Below are positions 9,255 to 18,858 of a stretch of DNA of 64,000 nucleotides, one piece after another (the first letter of the stretch is position 1; each line of letters begins with the position of its first letter). Below the pieces are notes generated by a model, which saw only the letters and a program-made list of their open reading frames with translations, did no database searches and was not told where the DNA came from. Source of the DNA: Escherichia phage vB_EcoM_CRJP21; sequence record OQ708376.1, one strand, 5' to 3'. The position numbers were made by a program, and so were the translations under genes.

Positions 9255-10382
9255 ATGAAAGGTAAATATTTTTTCATTGAAAATGGCAAAGAAGTTGAGA
9301 TTCAAGAATTTAACTATAATTATGTACTGAACTCTTTATTGAAACAATATGACCGTTCATCAAACAAAAAATACATTTACAATGTAATTGTACGTCGCAC
9401 CTATGACTCGCTGGGTAATCCGTTATTTGATGTAAAAACTCTGTCATTAGATGAAATCTATTTTGATAATAAACGTCTGAAAGTTCTTGATTTAATGAAG
9501 GATAAAATTCATTTTAGTAATATTAGAATTGATCCTAACATGCCAGTACCGCCATTAGAGCGTGAATATCGTGAATGGAAAGAAGGTCGTGCCAAACCAC
9601 GTTTAGACTTGGTACAAACATCACCAGATGTACCTGCACCTATTGTTCTTAAGAAAAAACCTATCAACCCAGACGATAGCAGAATTGATGACATTGAAAG
9701 ATGGGTTGAATTCCCTAGTACTATTGAAAAGAATTCAGTAAAAGTACTAGACTGGTTTGTAAACTTACCAGTTTGTGCACAAGAAATTGGAACTAAGATT
9801 CAACAAATTTCAGAACGTCAATTGGATCTTAACTCAGCATTACAACAGCATAGTGATTATATTAGAATGCTTATGAATAACCTTACTGTTGCGTTGGAGA
9901 CGTTGTTCCCATTGAAGCCGACCTTTACACAGAAATTGTTTGGTAAAACTGATATCAAAGTGCAACCATCAGATTTGCCAAAAGTGATGAAAGCACTAAA
10001 TGAAGCAGTTAAGTATGACACTAATAAGTTTAGTGGTCTTAGTACGATGTTTTCAGAACTTAGAAACGAAGTTAATGAAATCAAAAATGAACTTGAATAT
10101 GGTAAGTTGGGTTGTGAATACGCACTACGTTGTGTGGATGATGCGTTTGAATATGAATTAACATTAGAACGTATTATGAAAATGGGAATCACCACCTCCA
10201 TGACTGAAACGAGCATTATTGCAACAAGTAAGCAATATCAAGTTGATATGAATCGTATGGTAGATATTCAAACTATTACTATTCCTTTGATTATCAATCG
10301 TTTACAATCACAGACAGGTAAAGCTGTGGATGAGAGTACTGTAGAAATTATTCGTAATCTGGCATATGGTAACAAAGAGTAA
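9255..10382 (+). CDS. Hypothetical protein (375 aa)
   Basis: Long ORF; no recognised motif. Confidence 0.6.
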   Translation: MKGKYFFIENGKEVEIQEFNYNYVLNSLLKQYDRSSNKKYIYNVIVRRTYDSLGNPLFDVKTLSLDEIYFDNKRLKVLDLMKDKIHFSNIRIDPNMPVPPLEREYREWKEGRAKPRLDLVQTSPDVPAPIVLKKKPINPDDSRIDDIERWVEFPSTIEKNSVKVLDWFVNLPVCAQEIGTKIQQISERQLDLNSALQQHSDYIRMLMNNLTVALETLFPLKPTFTQKLFGKTDIKVQPSDLPKVMKALNEAVKYDTNKFSGLSTMFSELRNEVNEIKNELEYGKLGCEYALRCVDDAFEYELTLERIMKMGITTSMTETSIIATSKQYQVDMNRMVDIQTITIPLIINRLQSQTGKAVDESTVEIIRNLAYGNKE

Positions 10383-10391
10383 AAAAAATAC

Positions 10392-10439
10392 TTGACTATC
10401 ATACGTGCTGCCCGTATAATGTTTATCACAGAGCAGCAC
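10392..10439 (+). promoter_or_regulatory. Sigma-70-type promoter flanked by an inverted repeat (candidate operator)
   Basis: TTGACT, 17 bp spacer, TATAAT; inverted repeat GTGCTGC ... GCAGCAC brackets the -10 box and the predicted start site. Confidence 0.55.
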
Positions 10440-10468
10440 ATCATATTAAATTAAACGAGGAATACTAA

Positions 10469-11605
10469 ATGTCCGAGAAAGAAATCAATCCTAAAAAAGC
10501 ATCCACCGCAGCTAAATCAGCAAAACGCACTACTAAAACTGCGTCTAAAGGTCATACAATTGATGCAAGTGATATTTTTAACCAAACTACAAAATCACTA
10601 CCAGTACTGAAAGATGTTAAGGGAAATACTATGTCTCTAACAGTTCAAAACATCAATACTGTTGGTACAACTGCTGGTGCTGCTGTTGGGCGTTTGGCTG
10701 ATGAAATTATGTCTAAAGTTAATGTAACGGATGACAATACCGAGTTTGGTAAATCAATCACCACAATTCTTACGTTGACTCGTGCAGTTGATATTGACAG
10801 TCTTCAAGAAGATAAATCAATTGTTGGTCGTATTAAGAAATTCTTTGTTAATGCTCAACAGAAAGTAGGTGATCAGTACAAAAACAGTAAAGAGCAAATT
10901 GACGAAATTATGAAAACTCTTCAAACTGGTATTAATCGCCAGCACGGAGAATGTGAATGGCTTGATAAAGCATATAATGAAAACAAAGAATATTTGTTTG
11001 AATTACGTGATACATTAGTTGGTTTAGAAGAAGTAACTAAAACACAAGATGCATTATTATTAGAAATGCAAGCAGACAAAAATGTAGACTCTTTTGCTAT
11101 TCAAGAGCAAAAGATGATTTGTGAAGCACTTTCTAAACAAGAAGATAAGATTCGTCGTCTTATCATGATGTGCGAGCTAAGTGGTCCACGTTTGATGAGT
11201 ATGAAAAAAGTAAACTTGAACACTGTTTCTAAGTTTGAAGATTTAAAATCTGTTGTTATTCCAGCATGGAAGTCTCAATTGGCTGAACAGTTAATTTCCG
11301 AGCGTCAACGTAAGGATAATGAACTAGGCAATCTAATTGATAATGAGACAAACCGTCTTTTGGAAACTAACTCTAAAATGGTTGCAGCAAATATGTTGGA
11401 CGCAGCAAAGGCAAACAACCGTGGTATTGTGGATATTAAAACCTTGCGTAATGTACATAAAACGATGATTGACAGTATTGAAGCAGTTATTGAAGAAGAG
11501 AAAAAAGGCAAATTGGAACGTGAACGTGCTAAACAGGAAATTGCACAACTTTCCTATGAACTGGAAGACACTCTTCGTGAAATTGCCGAAAAAGCTAACA
11601 AGTAA
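10469..11605 (+). CDS. Hypothetical coiled-coil protein (378 aa) with Lys/Ala/Thr-rich N-terminus
   Basis: ORF with RBS AACGAGGAA; low-complexity N-terminal region; no family assigned. Confidence 0.6.
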   Translation: MSEKEINPKKASTAAKSAKRTTKTASKGHTIDASDIFNQTTKSLPVLKDVKGNTMSLTVQNINTVGTTAGAAVGRLADEIMSKVNVTDDNTEFGKSITTILTLTRAVDIDSLQEDKSIVGRIKKFFVNAQQKVGDQYKNSKEQIDEIMKTLQTGINRQHGECEWLDKAYNENKEYLFELRDTLVGLEEVTKTQDALLLEMQADKNVDSFAIQEQKMICEALSKQEDKIRRLIMMCELSGPRLMSMKKVNLNTVSKFEDLKSVVIPAWKSQLAEQLISERQRKDNELGNLIDNETNRLLETNSKMVAANMLDAAKANNRGIVDIKTLRNVHKTMIDSIEAVIEEEKKGKLERERAKQEIAQLSYELEDTLREIAEKANK

Positions 11606-11608
11606 TAG

Positions 11609-11637
11609 TTGACATATGAGTGCGTTTTTAATATAAT
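11609..11637 (+). promoter_or_regulatory. Sigma-70-type early promoter embedded in the terminator hairpin
   Basis: TTGACA, 17 bp spacer, TATAAT; the -10 box lies in the loop of the upstream terminator. Confidence 0.6.
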
Positions 11638-11660
11638 CTTATTGAAAACGCACTCTTTTT
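11618..11660 (+). terminator. Intrinsic terminator
   Basis: GAGTGCGTTTT ... AAAACGCACTC 11 bp stem followed by TTTTT. Confidence 0.65.
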
Positions 11661-11684
11661 AATGTACAGATAAGGAACTAACTT

Positions 11685-12374
11685 ATGAAACGTCGTCATA
11701 TTAGTGTTGATATTGAAGCTCTTGGAACACCTGAACTTTCCGGTTATGATATTATTATCCCAAATTACGCAGCAGTAGTAGTTCCAAGTAAACCTGAAAA
11801 TGACATTCGTCAGTTCTTATATATTAAATTACCATACCAGGATCAAGTTGCTACTGGTTTAAAATCAGACGCAGGTGCAATGGATTTTTGGATGAATACA
11901 TGTCAGAAAGAATACCCTAATGCATATTATGAAGTTGCCAGTACTATGAAACTCAAAGCACCTGAACTGTATGGACCGAATGGTCAATCACGACGATTTT
12001 TTGCATACAGTAGTATTGTTGATTTCTGGAAAGAATTACGTTACAATGATTATGGTGAAGAAGTTCCTCATTCAGTATGGGGCAACGGATGTAACTTCGA
12101 TTGTAGTATTTTACAAGCAAACCATTTAAAACTAATGAACGCTGGTGAGTTGTGGAAGTATGATGCACCTGAAAATGCACGCACATTGAAACGTTTATTG
12201 AATGAAGAAGCTCGTATTGAAATGGATGAAATCGTTTCGGTACAGTTGGATAAATTTATCACATATGCAAATACGTGTGGGATTAATGGGTTGGAGTTAC
12301 ATCACCCACTGTTTGATGCAGCACGTGAAGCAATCCAGATTTCATTCTGTCTAAACAAGCTTAAAATGGATTAA
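11685..12374 (+). CDS. dexA: DnaQ-like 3'-5' exonuclease (T4 DexA-like)
   Basis: 229 aa; N-terminal ISVDIEALGT (Exo I DxE motif) and C-terminal HHPLFDAAREAI (Exo III-like H..D); size and motifs resemble T4 exonuclease A as I recall it. Confidence 0.55.
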   Translation: MKRRHISVDIEALGTPELSGYDIIIPNYAAVVVPSKPENDIRQFLYIKLPYQDQVATGLKSDAGAMDFWMNTCQKEYPNAYYEVASTMKLKAPELYGPNGQSRRFFAYSSIVDFWKELRYNDYGEEVPHSVWGNGCNFDCSILQANHLKLMNAGELWKYDAPENARTLKRLLNEEARIEMDEIVSVQLDKFITYANTCGINGLELHHPLFDAAREAIQISFCLNKLKMD

Positions 12375-12377
12375 TAC

Positions 12378-13472
12378 ATGAATTTCATTATTCTGTTAAT
12401 ACCTGCTCTTATCGTTGTATTCGTTATGAAATACATGTACGATAAGCATATCAGTACTAAAGAACTATTGATTCATATTGCTTGTTGTCTGGTTGGTGCG
12501 GCTCTTGTTCTTGGTATTTCATACGCAATCAACTATAGCCAGCTTTATGATGTTGAGATTCTGAATGGTCAAGTAACTTCAAAATACAGCCACAAAGAAT
12601 ATTGCACACAATCTAGTTCATGTAAGCACTATACATGGCATGAGAAGTGCCATACGCGATATGATAGTAAAGGTAAATCACATCGTGAGTGTGAATCATA
12701 TAAGGTTTTTGATTACTCATATGAAGTTGATTGGTATGTGAAAAGTACAGTAGGTGAGTTTGAGATTGAACGTGTGAACCGTCAAGGTACAATGACACCA
12801 CCACGTTGGCAGCAAGTTATTATTGGTGACTATGCCGCAGCAGAGAGTTCATATATCAACTATCTATTTGCTGATAAGAACTCATTGTTTAGTCCTGAAG
12901 AACTACACAACATGTATGATGAAAAGTATCTTAGTACTATTCCAGAATACCCAAGTGTAGTTGATTATTACAAAACACATCACGTAATTAACACTACAAA
13001 TTACAACGTTGATGGTTACGATGAATACCTTCGTAATGAGCTAAAAACGATGGGTGCACGAAAGCAGGTAAACATCCAAGTACTAGTTTATGATTACAAA
13101 GATGTTGATTTTGTTGATGCTACCCTTGCATCGTGGCGTGGTGGTAAGAAGAATGATGTTATTATGTTCTTTGGTATTGACAATGATGGTAACGTTGTAA
13201 AATTTTACAGTACATCATTTGCACAAGGAATGAAGAATGAAGAGTTACATGCAAAGATGCGTATTGATGCATTAAATGAAAAATTAACTCTTGACTTACT
13301 AGTTAAAGAAGTACATAATATTGACAAACATTTTGAGAGACTCTCTAATAAAGAGTTTGAGTACTTGTCAGTAAAAATGGAACCTAGAAAAGATGTTCTT
13401 ATCGGTGCTTCCATTGTGTTGTTGATTCTGTCTATTTTCATTGGCCTTTATATGAGGGATAACGATTTATGA
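12378..13472 (+). CDS. Membrane protein (364 aa) with Cys/His-rich soluble domain
   Basis: Hydrophobic helices at the N-terminus (IILLIPALIVVFV, CCLVGAALVLGISYAI) and C-terminus (VLIGASIVLLILSIFIGLYM); cluster CTQSSSCKHYTWHEKCH. Confidence 0.55.
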   Translation: MNFIILLIPALIVVFVMKYMYDKHISTKELLIHIACCLVGAALVLGISYAINYSQLYDVEILNGQVTSKYSHKEYCTQSSSCKHYTWHEKCHTRYDSKGKSHRECESYKVFDYSYEVDWYVKSTVGEFEIERVNRQGTMTPPRWQQVIIGDYAAAESSYINYLFADKNSLFSPEELHNMYDEKYLSTIPEYPSVVDYYKTHHVINTTNYNVDGYDEYLRNELKTMGARKQVNIQVLVYDYKDVDFVDATLASWRGGKKNDVIMFFGIDNDGNVVKFYSTSFAQGMKNEELHAKMRIDALNEKLTLDLLVKEVHNIDKHFERLSNKEFEYLSVKMEPRKDVLIGASIVLLILSIFIGLYMRDNDL

Positions 13473-14023
13473 ATGGTAAACTCCTTGCGTTAATTGGTAT
13501 TTTGGTAGTTATCGTACTAATGGTGTTTGGTTCTATTAGTATGTATGTTGGTGCACATGATCGTGCAGTTGAGTTTGAAGGAAACATTAAAAAGTACTAT
13601 GATGCATCAGAAAGTCAACTTAGCAATTATACTCTTACTATTCAAGATAAGGTTCAAGTAGCCGATAAGTATAAAGATGCGTTGAAAGAAACGATTGAAT
13701 CATACTTTAAAGGGCGTGAAGGTGTTGACCAGAAGTTTGTAATGTCACAGATTCAACAACAGGTTCCAAATCTTGATCCTAAAATTTATCAGGAATTGAT
13801 GGTGACAATTGAAACAGGACGTACAAAGTTCAACAATCTTCAGAAAATGAAAATTGACCAGTGTACTGATTATGCTAAGTTCCGCAAAGGCTTCTGGAAT
13901 TCCAAAATTCTTGATTCGAATACGTTTCCAAGTGAAAATATTGAACACCTTTGTACAGTAGTATCTGATACGCGTACCAAGAAAGCAATGGATACTGGTA
14001 TTCAAGAATCAATTAAACTATAA
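13469..14023 (+). CDS. Membrane-anchored protein (184 aa)
   Basis: N-terminal TM helix LLALIGILVVIVLMVFGSISMYV followed by a soluble domain; start overlaps the upstream stop. Confidence 0.55.
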   Translation: MNGKLLALIGILVVIVLMVFGSISMYVGAHDRAVEFEGNIKKYYDASESQLSNYTLTIQDKVQVADKYKDALKETIESYFKGREGVDQKFVMSQIQQQVPNLDPKIYQELMVTIETGRTKFNNLQKMKIDQCTDYAKFRKGFWNSKILDSNTFPSENIEHLCTVVSDTRTKKAMDTGIQESIKL

Positions 14024-14032
14024 TTAAATGTT

Positions 14033-14058
14033 GGGAGTACTTTGTACTCCCCTTTTCT
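14033..14058 (+). terminator. Intrinsic terminator
   Basis: GGGAGTAC-TTT-GTACTCCC hairpin followed by CTTTTCTAT. Confidence 0.65.
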
Positions 14059-14070
14059 ATGGGGTGTACT

Positions 14071-14658
14071 ATGTTTTTAAAAAATACTTATGAATTAATT
14101 AAAATGCTTCAAAATATGAATTCCGGCGGCTTGTTTCCCTATTACTCTGAGGATGAAACTCATCGTTTAGTCCTTAAATTGGATGAAACTGGACGTATTA
14201 TATCACTAAGAACAACAGTCCCCAGTGTAGAACCAGTAATTACCAAATCAACTCAAAATTCAGGAACTGCTGTTAAAACACCACAAACATACAACTCTAA
14301 TTACCAACAACCACAAATGTACACGATTAGCACTCCACCTATTAAACGAGTTGCTTGTATTGTGAATATAAAAGTATCTAAGGACTATCGCGACTTAATA
14401 TCAGTTGAATGGTCAGAACTAACATCATCATTAGCAACACATGGATTTGTAGTAACAAATACAGGTCTAGCACAAAATGTGAAAGAAGGACAACAGATCA
14501 TGAGTGCATTGTATCTTAGTAATGGTTGTGTTATCATCAATGGTAAGTTGTATAGCGATGCCGACCCCACTGCATTCACTGAAGATTTGATTGGTGATAA
14601 AGAATACAGCATTCTTGAAATTATGAATTTGAAAAAGGTATATGAAAACCATGACTAG
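14071..14658 (+). CDS. Hypothetical protein (about 195 aa)
   Basis: ORF (track 14059..14658); start moved to ATG 14071 because 14059 lies inside the terminator U-tract. Confidence 0.5.
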   Translation: MFLKNTYELIKMLQNMNSGGLFPYYSEDETHRLVLKLDETGRIISLRTTVPSVEPVITKSTQNSGTAVKTPQTYNSNYQQPQMYTISTPPIKRVACIVNIKVSKDYRDLISVEWSELTSSLATHGFVVTNTGLAQNVKEGQQIMSALYLSNGCVIINGKLYSDADPTAFTEDLIGDKEYSILEIMNLKKVYENHD

Positions 14659-15223
14659 ATTTCATCAAGATGATTTGCCATTTATACAAGAACTAGAAGA
14701 ACTGGTGATAAGTATTATGGATGAAATTAGTACTTGGGATATAACAGTTTTTCGAAATGTATATGATAAAGTGGTGAATTTTAAAAATGTTAATATTGAA
14801 GTAAAACATAATAATTTTTACTTAACAAAACAATTCATTCTAACTCGACCAGGATCAAAGCCAGTTAAACGTAATTTATCATTCGGACACCTGATTGGTG
14901 CAGAAAATGTACATGATGAATGGGTTGATTCAATCTATTCGTATACAAAAGAACTTATTCCTGATATTGAGAAAAAATATTATCTTAGTATCACATTAGA
15001 TGAAAACGGTAATCTTAATGCATATTCAATAAATTCTTCTTCAAATGTTCCATTACATTCAGTGACGATTGGTGATAAAAAAATGCTAATAAATTCTGAA
15101 ACATGGTATAATAGAGAAAATTTCGCAGCAGAATCATTTCAGTACTCAGTATCTGAACCAAAGTCACCTTTTGATTTAGTGTTTGTTAATAATATTATTT
15201 TACGTTTTGGTGTAGGAGTGTAA
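14642..15223 (+). CDS. Hypothetical protein (193 aa); weak resemblance to the FFQxS family (ESFQYSV)
   Basis: ORF overlapping the upstream gene end. Confidence 0.5.
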   Translation: MKTMTRFHQDDLPFIQELEELVISIMDEISTWDITVFRNVYDKVVNFKNVNIEVKHNNFYLTKQFILTRPGSKPVKRNLSFGHLIGAENVHDEWVDSIYSYTKELIPDIEKKYYLSITLDENGNLNAYSINSSSNVPLHSVTIGDKKMLINSETWYNRENFAAESFQYSVSEPKSPFDLVFVNNIILRFGVGV

Positions 15224-15226
15224 TTT

Positions 15227-15580
15227 ATGCTAATTTATTTAAGTGTTATTGTAATTTCATTACTGGTATCATTCGCTGTTCTTAAAATTGTTGCTATTTG
15301 TAGAAGTAAGATTGATAGTTCTGAAACTAGATCAGTACTTGACTTGATTATGGACCATCCTAAAATCTGTGGTATTATTGTATTATTCGTTGTACTGATT
15401 AATACATATATTGTCAGGGAACATTTATATAATATGTATGATTGTAGTGTGCGTTCTATTTCACAAGGTGTTGAAACAGACTATAGTTGGTACTATGAGA
15501 AATGTCGATTTAAAAACCAGCATGGTATTTGGGTTGATTTTGATAAACTACGTGGAACACCTTCAGGAGAAGAAGAATAA
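15227..15580 (+). CDS. Small membrane protein (117 aa)
   Basis: Two hydrophobic segments (LIYLSVIVISLLVSFAVL, ICGIIVLFVVLINTYIV). Confidence 0.5.
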   Translation: MLIYLSVIVISLLVSFAVLKIVAICRSKIDSSETRSVLDLIMDHPKICGIIVLFVVLINTYIVREHLYNMYDCSVRSISQGVETDYSWYYEKCRFKNQHGIWVDFDKLRGTPSGEEE

Positions 15581-15582
15581 TT

Positions 15583-16074
15583 ATGTTTGAATTCCCAGAA
15601 GAGTCATTTAACTTCATTGACCCTACTGATGATGGATACCGACATATTAACATTTATAGTAAAGCCAGAACGAAGTTAGGTAGAGATCTATCTAACTTTT
15701 CTTCGCATAGCTTCACACTTGAACCATATGGTTGGTTCCCTTCAGTTGAAACATTTTACTTTTGGTTTTTAACTGGGCAAAAACATGATGACCTTATAAA
15801 AGTATCTGGTGCAGCAGCAAAAGCAGCCGCTAACAAATATATGCATGATCGAATTGAAATGACGGATGATTGTATTTCTATTATTCAAGATGCTATTTGT
15901 GCTAAGATAATTCAAAATCCAGAGTTAGCCGAAAGATTAAGAAAAAGCAAGTTGCCTTTTTACCATTACTATGTATATGGTGGTAAAGTTGTAGATGTAT
16001 CCGACGAACATGATTGGTTTGTTAAAACATTCGAATATATAAGAACTGTGTTAAAGGAAAACTATGATGGGTAA
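15583..16074 (+). CDS. NADAR-domain (YbiA/DUF1768-like) protein
   Basis: INIYSKARTKLGRDLSNFS ... PSVETFYFWF and PELAERLRKS ... YVYGG segments resemble the NADAR pattern seen in E. coli YbiA (INFYS ... FSNF ... SEHYFQ ... ELRALL ... WGDGG). Confidence 0.55.
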   Translation: MFEFPEESFNFIDPTDDGYRHINIYSKARTKLGRDLSNFSSHSFTLEPYGWFPSVETFYFWFLTGQKHDDLIKVSGAAAKAAANKYMHDRIEMTDDCISIIQDAICAKIIQNPELAERLRKSKLPFYHYYVYGGKVVDVSDEHDWFVKTFEYIRTVLKENYDG

Positions 16075-16345
16075 ATGTTGGGTATGCTTCAAGGTGTTTG
16101 ATGAAGAATATGAAATAATATTAGATGTATTGCCACAGCAGTACATGGTATGTAATGGAAAATACAAATTGGACACCTACCCGACCCCCAAGTACATGGG
16201 AATATGTCCTTTGTGTGATGCAAATGGCGTGTCCAATAGTGAGATTTCATTCACTAACCAAGCCACAACTAACTGTGTATCTGGGTATATAAGAGAGAAT
16301 CGAGAATATTTTATTAGGAGATTATATGAACGACAAAATCTTTGA
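16064..16345 (+). CDS. Cys-rich zinc-ribbon-like protein (93 aa)
   Basis: CWVCF ... CNGKYK ... CPLCD cysteine pairs. Confidence 0.45.
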   Translation: MMGKCWVCFKVFDEEYEIILDVLPQQYMVCNGKYKLDTYPTPKYMGICPLCDANGVSNSEISFTNQATTNCVSGYIRENREYFIRRLYERQNL

Positions 16346-16556
16346 TACATATGACATCGATACTTTACTAACACCATCTGATAACAGTACTGTTAAAATG
16401 GACATGTACTGGATTGTCGTTGATAAAAAAGTATTTAGACATAAAATTACTAAAGTTTGGCAATGTAATAAAAACAAATCTATTGTTGAAGGATTGGCAC
16501 AATGCATTCCTAATGCAGAGGTTTTATTTTTACCATACGCATATACAAAGGAATAA
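16326..16556 (+). CDS. Hypothetical protein (76 aa)
   Basis: ORF with RBS AGGAG upstream. Confidence 0.45.
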   Translation: MNDKIFDTYDIDTLLTPSDNSTVKMDMYWIVVDKKVFRHKITKVWQCNKNKSIVEGLAQCIPNAEVLFLPYAYTKE

Positions 16557-16557
16557 A

Positions 16558-16719
16558 ATGAAAAAAACTTGGAAAATATTCACAATACCTGCTATAATGT
16601 TGTTATTGGCACTTTTCACACCGCAGAGTCATGTATTGTCTCTTAATATTGTGGAAATAATTCTTCTTGTAATTCACTGTGTCGTGTGTTATAATTATGT
16701 AAAAGGTGATAAAGAATGA
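16558..16719 (+). CDS. Small membrane peptide (53 aa)
   Basis: Start moved to ATG 16558 behind AAGGAA; hydrophobic IFTIPAIMLLLALF. Confidence 0.4.
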   Translation: MKKTWKIFTIPAIMLLLALFTPQSHVLSLNIVEIILLVIHCVVCYNYVKGDKE

Positions 16720-17138
16720 AGTTCTTTAAAATTCGAATTGGTGTAAGTTCTGGTTTATCTCATTGGGTATTTTATGATTTACCTGATAGTTATACTATTG
16801 ATGATGTAATTGATTTATATACCGAAGATCAACAATGGGTGTTAGATACAGAAACACATAGAATTGATTGTCAAGAGATTAGTGAAGAAGATTACAAGCA
16901 CGGAAAGCAAGCCATGAAGTATTTTGAAACAAATATCAAAATGCTGTCTGAAAACGTATTTCCTGTAAAAGAATGGGCAATTTTACTTGCTAATCCTAAA
17001 AAACCTGTTAGAATTGGTTATCCAAATTTTCATATGGTGTATCGTATGAATGATAAGCGAGAGCTTAACTATCAATACGATTACGATTCATCTAAGTTTG
17101 GAGTTCTTAAACAATTTTTAAAGGCTTATCCAGTATGA
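16716..17138 (+). CDS. Hypothetical protein (140 aa)
   Basis: ORF overlapping the upstream stop. Confidence 0.5.
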   Translation: MKFFKIRIGVSSGLSHWVFYDLPDSYTIDDVIDLYTEDQQWVLDTETHRIDCQEISEEDYKHGKQAMKYFETNIKMLSENVFPVKEWAILLANPKKPVRIGYPNFHMVYRMNDKRELNYQYDYDSSKFGVLKQFLKAYPV

Positions 17139-17470
17139 GTGAAGATAGTAAAGAGTATATTTTACGTTGTTCTTGTGGCGATAAAATGGAGCATTGCGTT
17201 CACATTGCACAATTTGACTTGACAGAGGAATATGGAGATGATAAACTTGGTCAATGTCTGATAAGTATGCGTTTAAATCCTTTTTTAAAATGGTATAACC
17301 GTGTATGGGTTGCAGTAAAGTATGTTTTTGGTGTAAACGACTATCAATATGTAGAAGCAACAATTGATGTTGACATTCTAAAAGAAGTTGTGTTACAATT
17401 AGAAGATACTAGAACTGATGAGGTTAAAAAAGAACAAAGAGAAAAACGTACTGATGTGAAGGTTTTATGA
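17135..17470 (+). CDS. Hypothetical protein (111 aa)
   Basis: ORF overlapping the upstream stop. Confidence 0.5.
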   Translation: MSEDSKEYILRCSCGDKMEHCVHIAQFDLTEEYGDDKLGQCLISMRLNPFLKWYNRVWVAVKYVFGVNDYQYVEATIDVDILKEVVLQLEDTRTDEVKKEQREKRTDVKVL

Positions 17471-17661
17471 GTACTGAACTTTATGAAAAAAAGTACTGTA
17501 CAAATTGCTCAACTGAGTATACAATACAAGGTATGTTGATTTGTACAATATGTCAGTCAAAGAAATCAGCAACTTTCATCGTTGATGATAGATTTGGTGA
17601 TTTGAAACAGTTTAAAGCAAACCGCAATCTTCGTATTTTTAGCAATCTAAATAAGGAATAA
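17467..17661 (+). CDS. Zinc-ribbon-like small protein (64 aa)
   Basis: CTNCS ... CTICQ CxxC pairs. Confidence 0.45.
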   Translation: MSTELYEKKYCTNCSTEYTIQGMLICTICQSKKSATFIVDDRFGDLKQFKANRNLRIFSNLNKE

Positions 17662-17664
17662 TAT

Positions 17665-18093
17665 ATGAATATCGAACAAACTATCCGTGAACATTCTTTC
17701 TTCGCTCCAGAAACTGGTCGTGTTATTGAGAGCGTCAAAATCGAAGAACTAATGGTCAATGTTAAATACAAAGAACCAAATGATGAGATTAGCAGTACTT
17801 TTTGTGCTCTACGTGCACCATTCCGTAATGAAAAAGCTAAGAAACCAGCATATGTTCTTGCCATTGCACTGGGTTGTGTTGTAAAACTTGCAGTTGATGA
17901 AAATCTTCTGAATATTAAAGTTGCACCAAGCAATGACGATGAAAACATTGATTTGAACTTTGATGGTTCTCTTGATGAAGATGTATTTTTCCAACAGTCA
18001 CTTGTTTACGACTTCCGTACAGTGACACATTCTCACATCAAGTTCATTAATGAAATGGTTGAGATTGTTGCTGAATACGAAGAATCTCTCTAA
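17665..18093 (+). CDS. FFQxS-motif paralog family member
   Basis: Motif instance DEDVFFQQSLVYD near the C-terminus; RBS AAGGAA. Confidence 0.6.
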   Translation: MNIEQTIREHSFFAPETGRVIESVKIEELMVNVKYKEPNDEISSTFCALRAPFRNEKAKKPAYVLAIALGCVVKLAVDENLLNIKVAPSNDDENIDLNFDGSLDEDVFFQQSLVYDFRTVTHSHIKFINEMVEIVAEYEESL

Positions 18094-18103
18094 GTAAATA
18101 CAA

Positions 18104-18128
18104 AAGCCTCCATTATGGAGGCTTTTAT
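18104..18128 (+). terminator. Intrinsic terminator
   Basis: AGCCTCC-ATTAT-GGAGGCT hairpin followed by TTTTAT. Confidence 0.5.
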
Positions 18129-18146
18129 CACATAAGGAAATGAAAT

Positions 18147-18698
18147 ATGATAGACCAAATTAAAATCCTTACAAAGCAAATCACTGATTTTCTTTCTGAT
18201 AAAGATGGATTTAATACAGAAGTAAAAATGCACGGTGTTAGTGTTGATGTAATTGCACCAAATGGTAATGTAACAAGTTACGACATGTATGAATTACTTC
18301 TTTATACTCTAGCAGTACGTAAACTAGGTAGTGATATTGAACTCAATATCAATACTGATGAAAGTGGGAATAAAATTTTTGCAATCAACACCAGTGCTAA
18401 ATTCGATATCAGTACTGAAATTAAAAAAATAAATGAAAGTTTTATTGGCTTTAAGCATGAATCAATTCAAAGTGTTTTTATTGGAAAGCAAACTTCTAAT
18501 AGTGAATGCCCATATTGTGTAATGACTTTATATAAAGATGGAAACTGGATGCGTCAAGATTTAGTATTTGCTGAACTTCTGTATGCATTTACACATGAAC
18601 TTAAAATCGAATTGGACGATAGTGTTTATTGCTTTAAGAAAATTCGAAATATAACTAAAGATATACAAACCCAACTTAAAGAATTAAATGATAAATAA
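18147..18698 (+). CDS. Hypothetical protein (183 aa)
   Basis: ORF with RBS AAGGAAA. Confidence 0.55.
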   Translation: MIDQIKILTKQITDFLSDKDGFNTEVKMHGVSVDVIAPNGNVTSYDMYELLLYTLAVRKLGSDIELNINTDESGNKIFAINTSAKFDISTEIKKINESFIGFKHESIQSVFIGKQTSNSECPYCVMTLYKDGNWMRQDLVFAELLYAFTHELKIELDDSVYCFKKIRNITKDIQTQLKELNDK

Positions 18699-18814
18699 AT
18701 ATACCAGAAATGGTTAACATATCATGTTACTTTCCTCCCTTACATAATAATGATGCGTTATTATATTTTCATTTTGTTCTTATTCCCCTTTTGGTACAAA
18801 ATCATTTTAGTACT

Positions 18815-18840
18815 GCCCCGATCTTCGGGGCATTTTTCTT
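18815..18840 (+). terminator. Intrinsic terminator
   Basis: GCCCCGA-TCT-TCGGGGC hairpin followed by ATTTTTCTT. Confidence 0.6.
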
Positions 18841-18858
18841 ATCTAAAATTGAGGATAT

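Noticed and set aside
9857-10216. Minus-strand 119 aa ORF
   Set aside because: Antisense to the 375 aa plus-strand ORF 9255..10382; the whole region is otherwise plus-strand.
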